64,000 bases of DNA from Prevotella sp. (GCA_041907685.1 JAYRGU010000009.1:1195-65194); one strand, 5' to 3'; shown: positions 35,601 through 45,960, numbered from the stretch's first letter. Numbers and translations: made by a program. Notes: generated by a model not told the origin, from the sequence alone.

Positions 35601-36452
35601 CTCTGCAATATTATCTTCATCTAGAATTGTTTCACGCTCAATAATAACTTCATTACGCTCTATAGAAACAACCTCACCCGTATCCTCATCAACAAAATCT
35701 TCAGTCCAACTTTTCAAAACCCTTGCGGCCAATTTACGGCCTACGCATTTTGAAAGTTCTTTTTTATTTACCTTAACCTCCTCGGCTAAATCAAATATTT
35801 CAAGAATATTCTTATCATTTTCAAAACCAATAGCACGCAACAGAGTTGTTACTGGCAATTTTTTCTTACGATCAATATATGCATACATTACATTATTAAT
35901 ATCAGTTGCAAATTCAATCCAAGAACCCTTGAATGGGATTATACGAGCTGAATATAATAATGTTCCATTTGCATGAACACTTTGACCAAAGAAAACGCCA
36001 GGAGAACGATGCAACTGCGAAACTACCACACGTTCAGCACCATTGATAATAAACGTGCCATTGTCTGTCATATACGGTATCGGTCCCAGGAATACATCCT
36101 GAACCACCGTATTGAAGTCTTCATGCTCCGGGTCAGTACAAGACAATTTCAACTTAGCCTTTAAAGGTACACTATATGTAAGTCCACGCTCCAAACATTC
36201 ATCTATAGAATAGCGAGGGGGATCTATATAGTAATCCAAGAACTCAAGAACAAAATTATTACGAGTGTCGGTTATAGGGAAATTCTCTGAGAATACCTTA
36301 TATAATCCGTCATTCTTACGTTCCTCAGGCGGTGTGTCCAACTGAAGGAAGTCTTTGAAAGACTTTAATTGCACATCGAGAAAATCCGGATAGGGCATCG
36401 GATTTTTCACGCTGGCAAAGTTTACTCTGTTATCAACGATTTTTGAAGCCAT
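32628..36452 (-). CDS. rpoB: RNA polymerase beta subunit
   Basis: [28 protein letters not shown]. Confidence 0.99.
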   Translation of the reverse strand: MASKIVDNRVNFASVKNPMPYPDFLDVQLKSFKDFLQLDTPPEERKNDGLYKVFSENFPITDTRNNFVLEFLDYYIDPPRYSIDECLERGLTYSVPLKAKLKLSCTDPEHEDFNTVVQDVFLGPIPYMTDNGTFIINGAERVVVSQLHRSPGVFFGQSVHANGTLLYSARIIPFKGSWIEFATDINNVMYAYIDRKKKLPVTTLLRAIGFENDKNILEIFDLAEEVKVNKKELSKCVGRKLAARVLKSWTEDFVDEDTGEVVSIERNEVIIERETILDEDNIAEIIDSGAHTVLVHKDESVASDFSIIFNTLQKDPSNSEKEAVTYIYRQLRNADPPDDSTAREVIQGLFFSDKRYDLGEVGRYRINRKLGLETGMDVRVLTKEDIIEIIKYLIQLINSKAAVDDIDHLSNRRVRTVGEQLGNQFSIGLARMSRTIKERMNVRDNEVFTPTDLINAKTISSVINSFFGTNALSQFMDQTNPLAEVTHKRRMSALGPGGLSRERAGFEVRDVHYTHYGRLCPIESPEGPNIGLISSLCVYAKINELGFIETPYRKVSNSKVDLDNKDVVYFTAEDESDVVIGQGNAPLNDDGTFIRDLVKCRQDADYPVVPPSEVQLMDVSPQQIASIAAALIPFLEHDDAHRALMGSNMMRQAVPLLHNEAPIVGTGIEKQVCEDSRTMVTAEGEGVIEYVDATTIRILYDRTEEEEYVSFEPALKEYRIPKFRRTNQSMTIDLRPICSKGQRVKAGDILTEGYATENGELALGRNLLVAYMPWKGYNYEDAIVLNERIVREDVLTSVHVDEYSLDVRETKRGVEEFTSDIPNVSEEATKDLDDNGIIRVGARVEPGDILIGKISPKGESDPSPEEKLLRAIFGDKAGDVKDSSLKANPSLTGVVIDKKLFSRAVKTRQSKQQDKIILQKIDDEYAAKLEDLKAILIAKIETLTEDKICQGIKDYAGIELINKGSKFNDNDVIARIAALEFSDIQVNKWTNDDHTNELIAKLIINFLKKSKLLDAEQKRRKFAITIGDELPSGILQMAKVYVAKKRKIGVGDKLAGRHGNKGIVSKIVRQEDMPFLEDGRPVDLVLNPLGVPSRMNLGQIFEAILGAAGRKLGIKFATPIFDGAKLADLQEWTDKAGLPRLCSTHLYDGETGERFDQPATVGITYFLKLGHMVEDKMHARSIGPYSLITQQPLGGKAQFGGQRFGEMEVWALEAFGASHVLQEVLTIKSDDVVGRSKAYEAIVKGEPMPTPGIPESLNVLLHELRGLGLSITLD

Positions 36453-36494
36453 TAGCAGATAATGATAATAATACTATTTTCTAAATAAAAACGC

Positions 36495-36533
36495 AAAAAA
36501 GGTTAAGACTCTCTTACTTAGAGAATCTTAACC
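36495..36533 (-). terminator. Terminator/attenuator between rplL and rpoB
   Basis: GGTTAAGATTCTCT / AGAGAGTCTTAACC stem followed by TTTTTT on the minus strand. Confidence 0.75.
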
Positions 36534-36556
36534 AAATTTTATTGTATAACAAGTTA

Positions 36557-36937
36557 TTACTTGAGCTCTACCTTAGCACCTGCAGCCTCGATAGTTTTCT
36601 TCAAGTTTTCAGCCTCGTCTTTAGCCATACCCTCTTTCAATGTAGAAGGAACGCCATCAACTAGATCTTTAGCTTCTTTCAAACCAAGACCACAAGCTTC
36701 TTTAACAGCCTTTACGACCTGTAGTTTAGTAGCACCTACTTCAGCAAGGATAACATCAAAAGATGATTTTTCCTCAGCTGCAGCAGCTGCACCACCTGCA
36801 GCAGGACCAGCAGCAACAGCAACAGCTGCAGCAGCAGGTTCAATTCCATACTCGTCCTTCAGGACTGTAGCCAACTCATTTACTTCTTTAACTGTCAAAT
36901 TAACTAATTCTTCAGCAATAGCTTTTATGTCTGCCAT
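36557..36937 (-). CDS. rplL: 50S ribosomal protein L7/L12
   Basis: Ala-rich hinge, [11 protein letters not shown]. Confidence 0.99.
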   Translation of the reverse strand: MADIKAIAEELVNLTVKEVNELATVLKDEYGIEPAAAAVAVAAGPAAGGAAAAAEEKSSFDVILAEVGATKLQVVKAVKEACGLGLKEAKDLVDGVPSTLKEGMAKDEAENLKKTIEAAGAKVELK

Positions 36938-36987
36938 TTTATTCTAATTTTTAATGTTTTTATTATTAATGTTTTTGACTTTATTTT

Positions 36988-37506
36988 TTATTCAGGACGC
37001 TCTCCTAAAGTCTTCAGTACACCATGGATAGTGCCAGCGCCTGATTGAAGAGCTGATACGACATTCTTTGCCGGAGACTGCAGCAAAGCCACAATATCTG
37101 CAATAATTTCGTTCTTGCTCTTTAAAGATGCAAGTTCATCCAACTTATCTGCCCCTACATAGAAACACTCCTCTGCATAAGCTGCTTTAAGAGATGGAAC
37201 TCCTTCCTTTTTAAAATCTCCTAACAACTTTGCTGGAACATTTGCAGTATTACAGAACATTACAGCTGTATTACCTTTCAAACAACCATAAACAGGTTCA
37301 AAATCAACATCTGAAGCCTCGAAAGCCTTGTGAAGAAGTTTATTCTTTACAACGACCATCTTGATTTCACTCTTAAAGCATTTACGGCGAAGGCTACTTG
37401 TTTTTTCTGCATTCAATCCAGTTACATCAACTAGATAGAAATGAGAAAATTCTTTCAACTTTTCTCCGAGCTCAACTATTATAGTATCTTTTACTTCCTT
37501 TTTCAT
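36988..37506 (-). CDS. rplJ: 50S ribosomal protein L10
   Basis: VVKNKL; position between rplA and rplL. Confidence 0.97.
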   Translation of the reverse strand: MKKEVKDTIIVELGEKLKEFSHFYLVDVTGLNAEKTSSLRRKCFKSEIKMVVVKNKLLHKAFEASDVDFEPVYGCLKGNTAVMFCNTANVPAKLLGDFKKEGVPSLKAAYAEECFYVGADKLDELASLKSKNEIIADIVALLQSPAKNVVSALQSGAGTIHGVLKTLGERPE

Positions 37507-37525
37507 TTTACTAAACTTTTACGAG

Positions 37526-38218
37526 TTATTCAACTGATTTAGGATCAATTTTGATACCTTTACTCATAGTGCTTGAAATAAAGATACTCTTAATATAAGT
37601 ACCCTTTGCAGATGATGGTTTTAATTTGATGATTGTAGAAATAAATTCTTTTGCATTCTCAAATATCTGTTCAGCTGTAAAAGAAACCTTTCCAATTGAT
37701 GTATGCACAATACCTGCTTTATCAACTTTAAAGTCAATTTTACCCTGTTTAACCTCTCTGACTGCTTTAGCAACATCCATAGTAACCGTACCGCTCTTTG
37801 GGTTAGGCATCAATCCTCTAGGACCAAGAAAACGACCCAACGGACCAATTTTACCCATACAAGACGGCATTGTTATGATGACATCAATGTCAGTCCATCC
37901 ACCTTTGATCTTGTCGATATACTCGTCAAGACCAACGTAATCAGCACCTGCCTCTTTAGCAGCAGCTTCAGCATCCGGTGTACAAAGGCAAAGAACACGT
38001 GTAACCTTACCAGTACCATTAGGAAGTGATACAACACCTCTAACCATCTGGTTCGCTTTACGTGGGTCTACACCTAAGCGTACATCAATATCGAGTGAAG
38101 CGTCAAATTTGGTTGTAGTTACCTCCTTTACCAATTCTGATGCCTCTTTCAAAGAGTATGCTTTCCCTGCTTCAACCTTATCAGCTACTGATTTTTGATT
38201 TTTTGTCAGTTTACTCAT
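37526..38218 (-). CDS. rplA: 50S ribosomal protein L1
   Basis: [15 protein letters not shown]. Confidence 0.99.
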   Translation of the reverse strand: MSKLTKNQKSVADKVEAGKAYSLKEASELVKEVTTTKFDASLDIDVRLGVDPRKANQMVRGVVSLPNGTGKVTRVLCLCTPDAEAAAKEAGADYVGLDEYIDKIKGGWTDIDVIITMPSCMGKIGPLGRFLGPRGLMPNPKSGTVTMDVAKAVREVKQGKIDFKVDKAGIVHTSIGKVSFTAEQIFENAKEFISTIIKLKPSSAKGTYIKSIFISSTMSKGIKIDPKSVE

Positions 38219-38239
38219 TTTTTAAATTGAAGTTATTAA

Positions 38240-38680
38240 TTATTTACCAGGGAAGTCCCCTTTTACAGTTATGCCCATACTTCTTGCTGTTCCAGCAACC
38301 AATTTCATCGCTGATTCAATTGTGAAACAATTCAAGTCTGTCATTTTATCCTCTGCAATAGCCTTAACCTGATCCCAAGTTACAGATGCAACTTTTTTTC
38401 GGTTTGGCTCAGCAGAACCACTTTTAACCTTGGCAATCTCAAGCAACTGTACAGCTGCAGGAGGAGTCTTGATTACAAAGCTGAATGACTTATCAGTGTA
38501 GTATGTGATAACAACAGGAAGAACTTTTCCTGCCTTATCCTGGGTTCTGGCGTTGAACTCTTTGCAGAATCCCATAATATTGATTCCCTTAGAACCTAAT
38601 GCAGGTCCTACTGGAGGAGAAGGATTCGCAGCGCCACCTCTAATCTGTAATTTGATTAATCCAGCAACTTCTTTAGCCAT
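38240..38680 (-). CDS. rplK: 50S ribosomal protein L11
   Basis: [19 protein letters not shown]. Confidence 0.99.
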   Translation of the reverse strand: MAKEVAGLIKLQIRGGAANPSPPVGPALGSKGINIMGFCKEFNARTQDKAGKVLPVVITYYTDKSFSFVIKTPPAAVQLLEIAKVKSGSAEPNRKKVASVTWDQVKAIAEDKMTDLNCFTIESAMKLVAGTARSMGITVKGDFPGK

Positions 38681-38738
38681 TTCTAATTATTATTTATTGA
38701 TTATTATAAAGAATATATTGTACCGTAACAAATACAAC

Positions 38739-39284
38739 TTATTCTTTTGTAACTTGCATAAAACCTAACTCAAGTGGAGTTTTACGTCCAAAGATCTTAA
38801 CCATTACTTTCAGTTTACGCTTAACAGGATTAACCTCTTCTATTACACCACTAAATCCACTAAATGGGCCATCAATAACCTTGACAGTCTCATCAATGAC
38901 ATAAGGAACGTTTGTATCCTCAGTTGCCAATTCAGTTTCTTCAGCATTACCTAGAATTCGATTAATATCCGACTGCTTTACAGGAGAAGGACAATCCATT
39001 CCGCCAAGAAAACCCAAAACATTAGGCATAAAGCGCAAGATATGCGCTACATCTGCATTAAGGTTTGCTTCAACCAACAAGTAACCAGGAAGAAATGTTT
39101 TCTCCTTCACTACACGTTTGCCGTTACGAACACTTGCATGCTTTTCCATAGGTATTAAGACCTGAGAAACATGATCTGCAAGAGTAGCGTTGTGTTTAAG
39201 TTCGGCATCGATATATTCTTTTACCTTTACCTCCTTACCACTTACAGCACGAAGCACGTACCATTTTTTTTCTGTTCCAGCCAT
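38739..39284 (-). CDS. nusG: Transcription elongation factor NusG
   Basis: WYVLRAVSGKE, LPGY, KOW motif DGPFSGFSG, IFGRKTP. Confidence 0.98.
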   Translation of the reverse strand: MAGTEKKWYVLRAVSGKEVKVKEYIDAELKHNATLADHVSQVLIPMEKHASVRNGKRVVKEKTFLPGYLLVEANLNADVAHILRFMPNVLGFLGGMDCPSPVKQSDINRILGNAEETELATEDTNVPYVIDETVKVIDGPFSGFSGVIEEVNPVKRKLKVMVKIFGRKTPLELGFMQVTKE

Positions 39285-39295
39285 TTCTAAAACGA

Positions 39296-39487
39296 TTAAC
39301 TTGGATAGACGTTGTTCATAATAAACTTAAAGACAGTATCCATTACGAACACAACAACAGCAATGACCAGGGAAGCGGATAATACGACCACTGCACTGTG
39401 TGTTAGTTCAGACCTTGAAGGCCAAGTAGTTTTATGCGCAAGTTCGTCATAACATGCCTTGCAATAATTAACTATTTTCTTAAACAT
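39296..39487 (-). CDS. secE: Preprotein translocase SecE
   Basis: ELAHKTTWPS plus one TM segment. Start moved to ATG 39487 because the longer ORF overlaps tRNA-Trp. Confidence 0.95.
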   Translation of the reverse strand: MFKKIVNYCKACYDELAHKTTWPSRSELTHSAVVVLSASLVIAVVVFVMDTVFKFIMNNVYPS

Positions 39488-39504
39488 AATGTTTATTATT
39501 TGGG

Positions 39505-39578
39505 CACGGGAAGAGAGACTCGAACTCCCGACACCTGGTTTTGGAGACCAGTGCTCTACCAAACTGAGCTATTCCCGT
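39505..39578 (-). tRNA. tRNA-Trp (CCA)
   Basis: ACGGGAATAGCTCAG...CTGGT-CTCCAAA-ACCAG...GGAGTTCGAGTCTC...TTCCCGTG cloverleaf. Confidence 0.97.
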
Positions 39579-39610
39579 AAAAGAGGTTCCCGTAGATTAA
39601 GCGGGAACCT
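39579..39610 (-). terminator. Hairpin between tuf and tRNA-Trp (terminator or processing site)
   Basis: AGGTTCCCG / CGGGAACCT 9-bp stem followed by CTTTT on the minus strand. Confidence 0.6.
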
Positions 39611-39632
39611 TCTAATATATTTGTTTTAGATA

Positions 39633-40826
39633 TTAGTCTAAAATCTCTGTTATCTGTCCAGCACCTACTGTACGTCCACCTTCACGGATAGCGAAACGAA
39701 GACCTACATTGATAGCAACAGCATAAATCAGTTCTACTGTAATAGTTACATTATCACCAGGCATTACCATCTCAACTCCTTCTGGAAGAGTAATTTCGCC
39801 TGTGCAATCCATTGTACGGAGATAGAACTGTGGACGATACTTATTTCCGAATGGAGTATGACGACCACCTTCTTCTTTCTTCAAAACATATATCTGAGCC
39901 TTGAAAGTCTTATAAGGCTTGATCTGTCCTGGATGACAAAGAACCATACCGCGTCTAATTTCAGCTTTGTCGATACCACGTAGAAGTAGACCTACGTTAT
40001 CACCAGCTTCGCCTTCATCAAGAATCTTACGGAACATTTCAACACCAGTAACAGTTGATTTTTTATCTTCACCAAGACCAAGAAGTTCAACTTCATCACC
40101 AACCTTAACACGACCAGTTTCAATACGGCCAGTAGCAACTGTACCACGACCAGTAATTGAGAATACATCCTCAACCGGCATTAAGAAAGGTTTATCTAGA
40201 TCACGTGGAGGTAATGGTATCCAAGTATCAACAGCTTCCATCAATTCAAGAACTTTATCTTCCCATTTAGCAACGCCATTCAACGCGCCAAGAGCAGATC
40301 CACGAATAATAGGAGTATTGTCACCATCATATTCATATTGATCAAGGAGTTCACGCATTTCCATCTCAACGAGTTCAAGCATTTCCTCATCCTCAACCAT
40401 ATCACATTTGTTCAGGAAGACAACCAAACGAGGTACATTTACCTGACGAGCGAGCAATACGTGCTCACGTGTCTGAGGCATAGGACCATCAGTTGCAGCT
40501 ACAACGATAATAGCACCATCCATCTGAGCAGCACCAGTAACCATGTTCTTTACATAGTCAGCGTGTCCCGGACAGTCTACGTGAGCATAATGGCGATTAG
40601 CTGTCTCATACTCTACGTGTGCAGTGTTAATAGTAATACCACGCTCTTTTTCCTCAGGAGCGTTATCAATCTGATCAAAAGACTTGATCTCATCACTCTT
40701 TGAGAAACCCTTCTCTGCAAGTACCTTTGTGATAGCTGCAGTCAGAGTGGTCTTTCCGTGGTCAACGTGACCGATAGTACCAATGTTAACATGCGGTTTG
40801 GTACGTTCAAATTTCTCTTTAGCCAT
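39633..40826 (-). CDS. tuf: Elongation factor Tu
   Basis: [28 protein letters not shown]. Confidence 0.99.
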   Translation of the reverse strand: MAKEKFERTKPHVNIGTIGHVDHGKTTLTAAITKVLAEKGFSKSDEIKSFDQIDNAPEEKERGITINTAHVEYETANRHYAHVDCPGHADYVKNMVTGAAQMDGAIIVVAATDGPMPQTREHVLLARQVNVPRLVVFLNKCDMVEDEEMLELVEMEMRELLDQYEYDGDNTPIIRGSALGALNGVAKWEDKVLELMEAVDTWIPLPPRDLDKPFLMPVEDVFSITGRGTVATGRIETGRVKVGDEVELLGLGEDKKSTVTGVEMFRKILDEGEAGDNVGLLLRGIDKAEIRRGMVLCHPGQIKPYKTFKAQIYVLKKEEGGRHTPFGNKYRPQFYLRTMDCTGEITLPEGVEMVMPGDNVTITVELIYAVAINVGLRFAIREGGRTVGAGQITEILD

Positions 40827-40903
40827 AGCTTTTCTTGTTTTATTTATATAAATGAATAATCGTGTTATTTATGCTTCTTTTCTAAAAAAAAGAATTATGG
40901 AAG

Positions 40904-40975
<72 letters not shown>

Positions 40976-40977
40976 AG

Positions 40978-41053
40978 TGGAGCGGAAAACGGGACTCAAA
41001 CCCGCGACCCCCAGCTTGGAAGGCTAGTGCTCTATCAACTGAGCTATTTCCGC
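40978..41053 (-). tRNA. tRNA-Gly (TCC), CCA encoded
   Basis: GCGGAAATAGCTCAGTTGATAGAGCA-CTAGC-CTTCCAA-GCTGG...GGGTTTGAGTCCCG-TTTTCCGCTCCA. Confidence 0.95.
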
Positions 41054-41069
41054 AAAACTTCTTCTGATG

Positions 41070-41151
41070 TGGGTGGTGATGGATTCGAACCACCGTAGGC
41101 ATAGCCAGCAGATTTACAGTCTGCCCCATTTGGCCACTCTGGTAACCACCC
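41070..41151 (-). tRNA. tRNA-Tyr (GTA)
   Basis: GGGTGGTTACCAGAGTGG...GCAGA-CTGTAAA-TCTGC, long variable arm, GGTTCGAATCC. Confidence 0.97.
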
Positions 41152-41176
41152 TTATTTAAACAACACCATCTTCTTG

Positions 41177-41250
41177 AGCCTCTTGTCGGATTCGAACCAA
41201 CGACCCCGAGATTACAAATCACGTGCTCTGGCCAACTGAGCTAAAGAGGC
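41177..41250 (-). tRNA. tRNA-Thr (TGT)
   Basis: GCCTCTTTAGCTCAG...CGTGA-TTTGTAA-TCTCG...GGTTCGAATCC...AAGAGGCT. Confidence 0.95.
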
Positions 41251-41302
41251 AAATCCTTGCAGCCGTAAGGCTTGCGTTTAAGGACGTGTTGTAAAACGGC
41301 TG

Positions 41303-41310
41303 CAAAGATA
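41303..41310 (-). promoter_or_regulatory. -7 promoter element (TATCTTTG) of the tRNA-tuf operon
   Basis: TATCTTTGCAGCC 53 nt upstream of tRNA-Thr(TGT). Confidence 0.75.
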
Positions 41311-41350
41311 GGCATTATTTTTGAACTACAAAAATTTTTCAAGGTTTTTT

Positions 41351-41650
41351 TTAATATTGGCGCATTTTTTCTTTGTATTTCGCCAATTTTACCTTCATCG
41401 CATCAATACTTTGGTCTACGCTCTCCTCAAAAGTATCGCATGTCTTTTCGACGAATAATGTACTTCCTGGAACTGTAACCGTAAGGCTTGTCTCTTTATT
41501 TAATGCTATTGCAGGCTTCACCACTTTTAATTGTACTTCAATTTTTTGAATATCTTCAAATGTTTTTCCAAGCTTTGAAACTTTTTTCTCAATAAATGCC
41601 TGTAATTTCTCAGTTGCATCAAAATGAATTGAACTAATTTTAATGTCCAT
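41351..41650 (-). CDS. hpf: Ribosome hibernation promoting factor HPF/RaiA (short form)
   Basis: IHFDATEKLQAFIEKKVSKL...FEESVD...QLAKYKEK-type C-terminus; S30AE family pattern. Confidence 0.9.
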   Translation of the reverse strand: MDIKISSIHFDATEKLQAFIEKKVSKLGKTFEDIQKIEVQLKVVKPAIALNKETSLTVTVPGSTLFVEKTCDTFEESVDQSIDAMKVKLAKYKEKMRQY

Positions 41651-41668
41651 AGTAACCTCCTTGTTTTA

Positions 41669-42550
41669 TTATGCCCTAGGATGGGCTTGGTTATACACTT
41701 TCTTCAACTGCTCAAAAGTTGTATGGGTATACACCTCTGTTGTCGTCAAACTTTGATGACCGAGCAGTTTTTTAACGCTTTCAAGATTTGCATTATGATT
41801 AAGCATAGCCGTAGCAAATGTATGTCTAAGCACATGTGGCGTACATTTTTTTAAGGTGCAAACCATTTTAAGATACTTAGAAACCTCGTAGCGGACCCGA
41901 TTACGATTCATCCGTTCCCCTCTTTCAGTAACAAACATCAGATCAGAAGCCTCAGGAAACGTCTTGTCCTTAATATTAAGGTAATTAGTTATAGCATTTG
42001 CGAGTTCTATACCAAAAGGAATAATACGTTGCTTATTTCTTTTTCCTGTTACCTTAATTTTATAATCATTTAAATCAACAGACGATCTTTCCAAATTTAT
42101 AAGCTCCGATAGCCTAATGCCTGTTTCATAAAACATTATAATTATAGTATACGCGCGTACATCTTTAAAAGAAGAGCCAAACAAATTACCATCTAAAAGA
42201 TCATTTATCTCTTTTTCTTTTAAAAACTGCGGTAATGGTTTATTCTTTTTTGGACCAGATACTGCCCGAGCTGGATCAGATGTCATAAGACCTTGAGACA
42301 TAGCAAAACGATAAAAGGAACGCAAAGCGCTCAATCTTCTATTGATTGAGGTAGCAGTGTTTCCTTTATCCATCATACTCTCTATCCAATCACGGATAAT
42401 GTCAGAATCAACAGATTCCCACGAGAGATGAGTACCCAAATTTTTGAAGTACGATTCGAATGATTCTAAATCTCGACCGTAGCTCTGCAATGTTAAAGTG
42501 GAATAATTCCGTTCATATTGCAAATAGTTCAAAAATTGTTCTATCATCAT
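41669..42550 (-). CDS. xerC: Tyrosine recombinase, XerC-like
   Basis: Catalytic motifs TGIRLSE, GKRNKQR, HVLRHTFAT, LLGH, TEVYT; N-terminal SAM-like core-binding domain. Confidence 0.85.
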   Translation of the reverse strand: MMIEQFLNYLQYERNYSTLTLQSYGRDLESFESYFKNLGTHLSWESVDSDIIRDWIESMMDKGNTATSINRRLSALRSFYRFAMSQGLMTSDPARAVSGPKKNKPLPQFLKEKEINDLLDGNLFGSSFKDVRAYTIIIMFYETGIRLSELINLERSSVDLNDYKIKVTGKRNKQRIIPFGIELANAITNYLNIKDKTFPEASDLMFVTERGERMNRNRVRYEVSKYLKMVCTLKKCTPHVLRHTFATAMLNHNANLESVKKLLGHQSLTTTEVYTHTTFEQLKKVYNQAHPRA

Positions 42551-42628
42551 ATAGACGTTGCTTTCATAATGTTATTCGGCAACGAATGTACGAATTAATT
42601 TTCGAACCACCAAATTTTTTCGAGATTT

Positions 42629-42820
42629 TTATTCCTCGTTAGCTCTTAATTTCTGTACGTAAACAGCGTGTTCCATCTTAAGTCTCTTCAAAACAGAAGG
42701 TTTGTCATATTGTTGACGTGAACGGAGTTCTTTAACAACACCTGTCTTTTCGAATTTTCTTTTAAATTTTTTCAAGGCTCTTTCAATGTTTTCGCCTTCT
42801 TTTACTGGTACAACGATCAT
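42629..42820 (-). CDS. rpsU: 30S ribosomal protein bS21
   Basis: EGENIERALKKFKRK...YDKPS. Confidence 0.98.
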   Translation of the reverse strand: MIVVPVKEGENIERALKKFKRKFEKTGVVKELRSRQQYDKPSVLKRLKMEHAVYVQKLRANEE

Positions 42821-42884
42821 GTTTTTTTATTTTAAATTTTTTAATTAAACCAATATTGTGGTACCTTACCACAATTTGCGGGTG

Positions 42885-42892
42885 CAAAATTA
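42885..42892 (-). promoter_or_regulatory. -7 promoter element (TAATTTTG) of rpsU
   Basis: TAATTTTGCACCC 65 nt upstream of the ATG. Confidence 0.7.
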
Positions 42893-42950
42893 CATCTAAT
42901 TTAGGAAACCCACAAGTTTTTGGTCACTTTTTTTTCGAAATATTTCATTT

Positions 42951-44744
42951 TCACTTACTTATAGATATTGTAGATGCTTTTAACCAGTCATTTTCATCCT
43001 TTGTTAAATAAGGAGACAATTTTTCATATACCATTTTATGATATTGATTAATCCATTCGATCTCTTCATCCGTCATCATATTTTTAACTATCGGAAAAGT
43101 ATCTATGGGGCAGATCGTCAAAGGTTCAAATTCTAAGAATTCGCCAAATTCAGTTGTTTTATATTGTTTAATAAGTAAGGTATTTTCAATCCTCACGCCG
43201 AAACGTCCTGAAAGATACAGTCCTGGTTCATCCGTCACAGTCATTCCTGGTAACAATGGAGCGGGTTTCCATTCCATTCTTATCTGATGATTACCTTCAT
43301 GAACATTAAGATAAGATCCAACCCCATGTCCTGTGCCATGAAGATAATTCAGTCCTTCTCTCCACAAATCTTTTTTTGCAATTGCATCTAGTTGAGTTCC
43401 ACTTGCACCATTAGGGAACTTCAACATTTCTAATTGAATATGCCCTTTAAGCACAAGAGTATAGATCTTTTTTTGTTCTTCCGTAACATCTCCAAGAGCT
43501 ATAGTTCTTGTTATATCAGTCGTCCCATCTAAATACTGTGCGCCAGAGTCTATCAGTATAAAGCCATTACTATTCAACGGTATATCAGTTTCTTTTGTTG
43601 CTTCATAATGTACAATAGCCCCATGCTCTTGATATGCAGCAATTGTATCAAAAGAAATACCTCTATACAAGTCTTGTTCAGAGCGTAAATCCGTAAGTTT
43701 TTTATCTATTGAAACTTCAGTCTGACTACCTCTAGCAACTGCAGGCTTAAGCCACATTAAGAATTTAACCATAGCCACTCCATCCCTGATCATTGCATTT
43801 CTAAAGCCTTCTATTTCAGTTCTGTTTTTTATAGTTTTCATATATGCAGCTGGAGATTTACCATTTACAATATCCTTACATCTTACAGTATTATACAGCG
43901 TATAGTTTATTTCATTTGGATCAAGTAATATATTGTACTCTGGATACAGTTTTAGAACATTATTTATATTCTCGTATTCATCAACAGAGACACCCTCTTT
44001 CTTAAGATACATTTCTGTTTTCTCATCAAGTTTTTTTCTATTAATAAATAAGGTAGCATTTGTAGAACCAATCAACAGATAAGATACGAAGACCGGATTA
44101 CAATGCACATCTTCCCCTCTCATGTTAAGAGTCCAGGCTATATCATCTAAAGCAGAAATGAGTATTCCATAAGCATGACTATCATGCAACTTTTCACGTA
44201 TTCGTTCAATCTTCGAGTGACATGATTCACCAGCATATTCAATCGGATGTATCCTTATTTTATTCTCAGGTATAGGAGGTCTATCCTTCCATATAAACTT
44301 CAACGGATCAAAATTTGTTCTAAGAGTTATGCCACCCTCATTTCTAAGTTCATAAATAAGAGAACAAACCATTTTTTCAGAAGCCACCATTCCATCTATT
44401 CCTACAGACGGATTATTGAGATAAGCCAGGTTAATGCCCAGCCATTTACTTATAGAAGGGGTACCCGGCATTTTTTCTTTCATAAGTTCAAATTCAGAAC
44501 CTTTAAGTTGTTCAGCTGCAGCTATGAAATACCTAGAGTCAGTCCAAAGAGCAGCCTTAGATTGCGTAACTACTGCAACTCCGGCTGATCCATTGAATCC
44601 GGAAATCCATTTACGTCCCTCCCAATGTTCAGGAATGTATTCACCATTATGAGGATCTGTGCTTGGAAAGATGAACGCATCCAGATTTTCACCTTTCATA
44701 ATATCGCGCAAAGCCGATATTCGTTCTTTTATAGACATATTCAT
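42951..44744 (-). CDS. Xaa-Pro aminopeptidase (aminopeptidase P, M24B)
   Basis: DSGAQYLDGTTDITRT, HGTGHGVG, DEPG, GVRIEN; promoter TATCTTTG at 44769-44776. Confidence 0.95.
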   Translation of the reverse strand: MNMSIKERISALRDIMKGENLDAFIFPSTDPHNGEYIPEHWEGRKWISGFNGSAGVAVVTQSKAALWTDSRYFIAAAEQLKGSEFELMKEKMPGTPSISKWLGINLAYLNNPSVGIDGMVASEKMVCSLIYELRNEGGITLRTNFDPLKFIWKDRPPIPENKIRIHPIEYAGESCHSKIERIREKLHDSHAYGILISALDDIAWTLNMRGEDVHCNPVFVSYLLIGSTNATLFINRKKLDEKTEMYLKKEGVSVDEYENINNVLKLYPEYNILLDPNEINYTLYNTVRCKDIVNGKSPAAYMKTIKNRTEIEGFRNAMIRDGVAMVKFLMWLKPAVARGSQTEVSIDKKLTDLRSEQDLYRGISFDTIAAYQEHGAIVHYEATKETDIPLNSNGFILIDSGAQYLDGTTDITRTIALGDVTEEQKKIYTLVLKGHIQLEMLKFPNGASGTQLDAIAKKDLWREGLNYLHGTGHGVGSYLNVHEGNHQIRMEWKPAPLLPGMTVTDEPGLYLSGRFGVRIENTLLIKQYKTTEFGEFLEFEPLTICPIDTFPIVKNMMTDEEIEWINQYHKMVYEKLSPYLTKDENDWLKASTISISK

Positions 44745-44894
44745 TATAAAATTGCAATTTCGAGTTTACAAAGATATACCTTTTCATATTTAATAACAAA
44801 TTAAAAGCAAAATAAATAATGAATATATTGCATTTTTTGCTACCTTTGCGTTCGACAAAAGTAGATAGTTTATAAATTTATTAATAATACAAGT

Positions 44895-45896
44895 ATGGAA
44901 TTCTTAACTAACGAGAAACTTACCATTGTCGGCGCAGCCGGAATGATTGGTTCAAACATGGCTCAGACAGCCGCAATGTTAAAACTTACTCCTAACATCT
45001 GCCTTTATGATGTTTACGAGCCAGGACTAGAAGGTGTAACAGAAGAAATGCGTCACTGCGGATTTGAAGGTGTAAACTTCACATTCACTACAGATGTAAA
45101 AGAAGCGCTTACTGGTGCTAAATATATCATTTCCTCAGGTGGTGCCCCACGTAAACAAGGTATGACACGTGAAGATTTGCTTAAAGGTAACGCAGGTGTT
45201 GCTGAGCAACTTGGTAAAGACATCAAGTCTTATTGCCCAGATGTAAAACACGTTGTAATCATATTCAATCCAGCAGACATCACTGGTCTAGTTACTCTGA
45301 TTTGGTCTGGTCTAAAACCATCACAGGTTTCTACACTTGCAGCTCTAGATTCTATTCGTCTTCAGAGCGAACTAGCTAAACATTTTGGTGTAGCTCAGAG
45401 TGATGTTACAGGTTGCCGTACATACGGAGGCCATGGTGAAGCTATGGCTGTATTCGCTTCTACAGCAAAAGTTGCAGGAACACCTCTTACAGATCTTATC
45501 GGAACATCTAAACTAACAAACGAGCAGTGGGCTGAAATCAAACAGAAGACAGTTCAAGGTGGTTCTAACATCATCAAACTTCGTGGCCGTTCATCATTCC
45601 AGAGCCCAGCTTACGTATCAGTACGTATGATAGAGGCTGCAATGGGTGGCGAAGAGTTCACATGGCCAGCAGGTCGCTATGTATCATTTGCTGGAATCGA
45701 CCACATTATGATGGCAATGGAAGTAACTATAACAAAGAATGGTTCTGCTTACGAAGAAGTAGTAGGTACAGCCGAAGAGATGGAAGCTCTTAAGAAGAGT
45801 TATGAGCACCTTGTTACTATGCGTCAGGAAGTTATCGACCTTGGAGTTGTTCCTCCAGTTGCAAAATGGGGTGAAATCAATCCTAACTTGAAATAA
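44895..45896 (+). CDS. mdh: Malate dehydrogenase
   Basis: VGAAGMIG Rossmann motif, PRKQGMTREDLL, NPAD, GGHGE; promoter TACCTTTG at 44841-44848. Confidence 0.93.
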   Translation: MEFLTNEKLTIVGAAGMIGSNMAQTAAMLKLTPNICLYDVYEPGLEGVTEEMRHCGFEGVNFTFTTDVKEALTGAKYIISSGGAPRKQGMTREDLLKGNAGVAEQLGKDIKSYCPDVKHVVIIFNPADITGLVTLIWSGLKPSQVSTLAALDSIRLQSELAKHFGVAQSDVTGCRTYGGHGEAMAVFASTAKVAGTPLTDLIGTSKLTNEQWAEIKQKTVQGGSNIIKLRGRSSFQSPAYVSVRMIEAAMGGEEFTWPAGRYVSFAGIDHIMMAMEVTITKNGSAYEEVVGTAEEMEALKKSYEHLVTMRQEVIDLGVVPPVAKWGEINPNLK

Positions 45897-45915
45897 TATC
45901 TAACGGGATACAAAC

Positions 45916-45960
45916 AAAAAACAGTATGGTCTTCTAGATGAATTCCATACTGTTTTTTTT
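45916..45960 (+). terminator. Intrinsic terminator after mdh
   Basis: AAAAAACAGTATGG / CCATACTGTTTTTT stem with a long T-run. Confidence 0.8.

Noticed and set aside
39488-39562. N-terminal extension of SecE in the ORF track
   Set aside because: The extension runs through tRNA-Trp; the real start is ATG 39487.
41669-42550. Tyrosine recombinase near tRNAs as the integrase of a mobile element
   Set aside because: It is XerC-sized with no arm-binding domain, sits between rpsU and hpf, and has no cargo genes or duplicated tRNA end. This fits a housekeeping recombinase.
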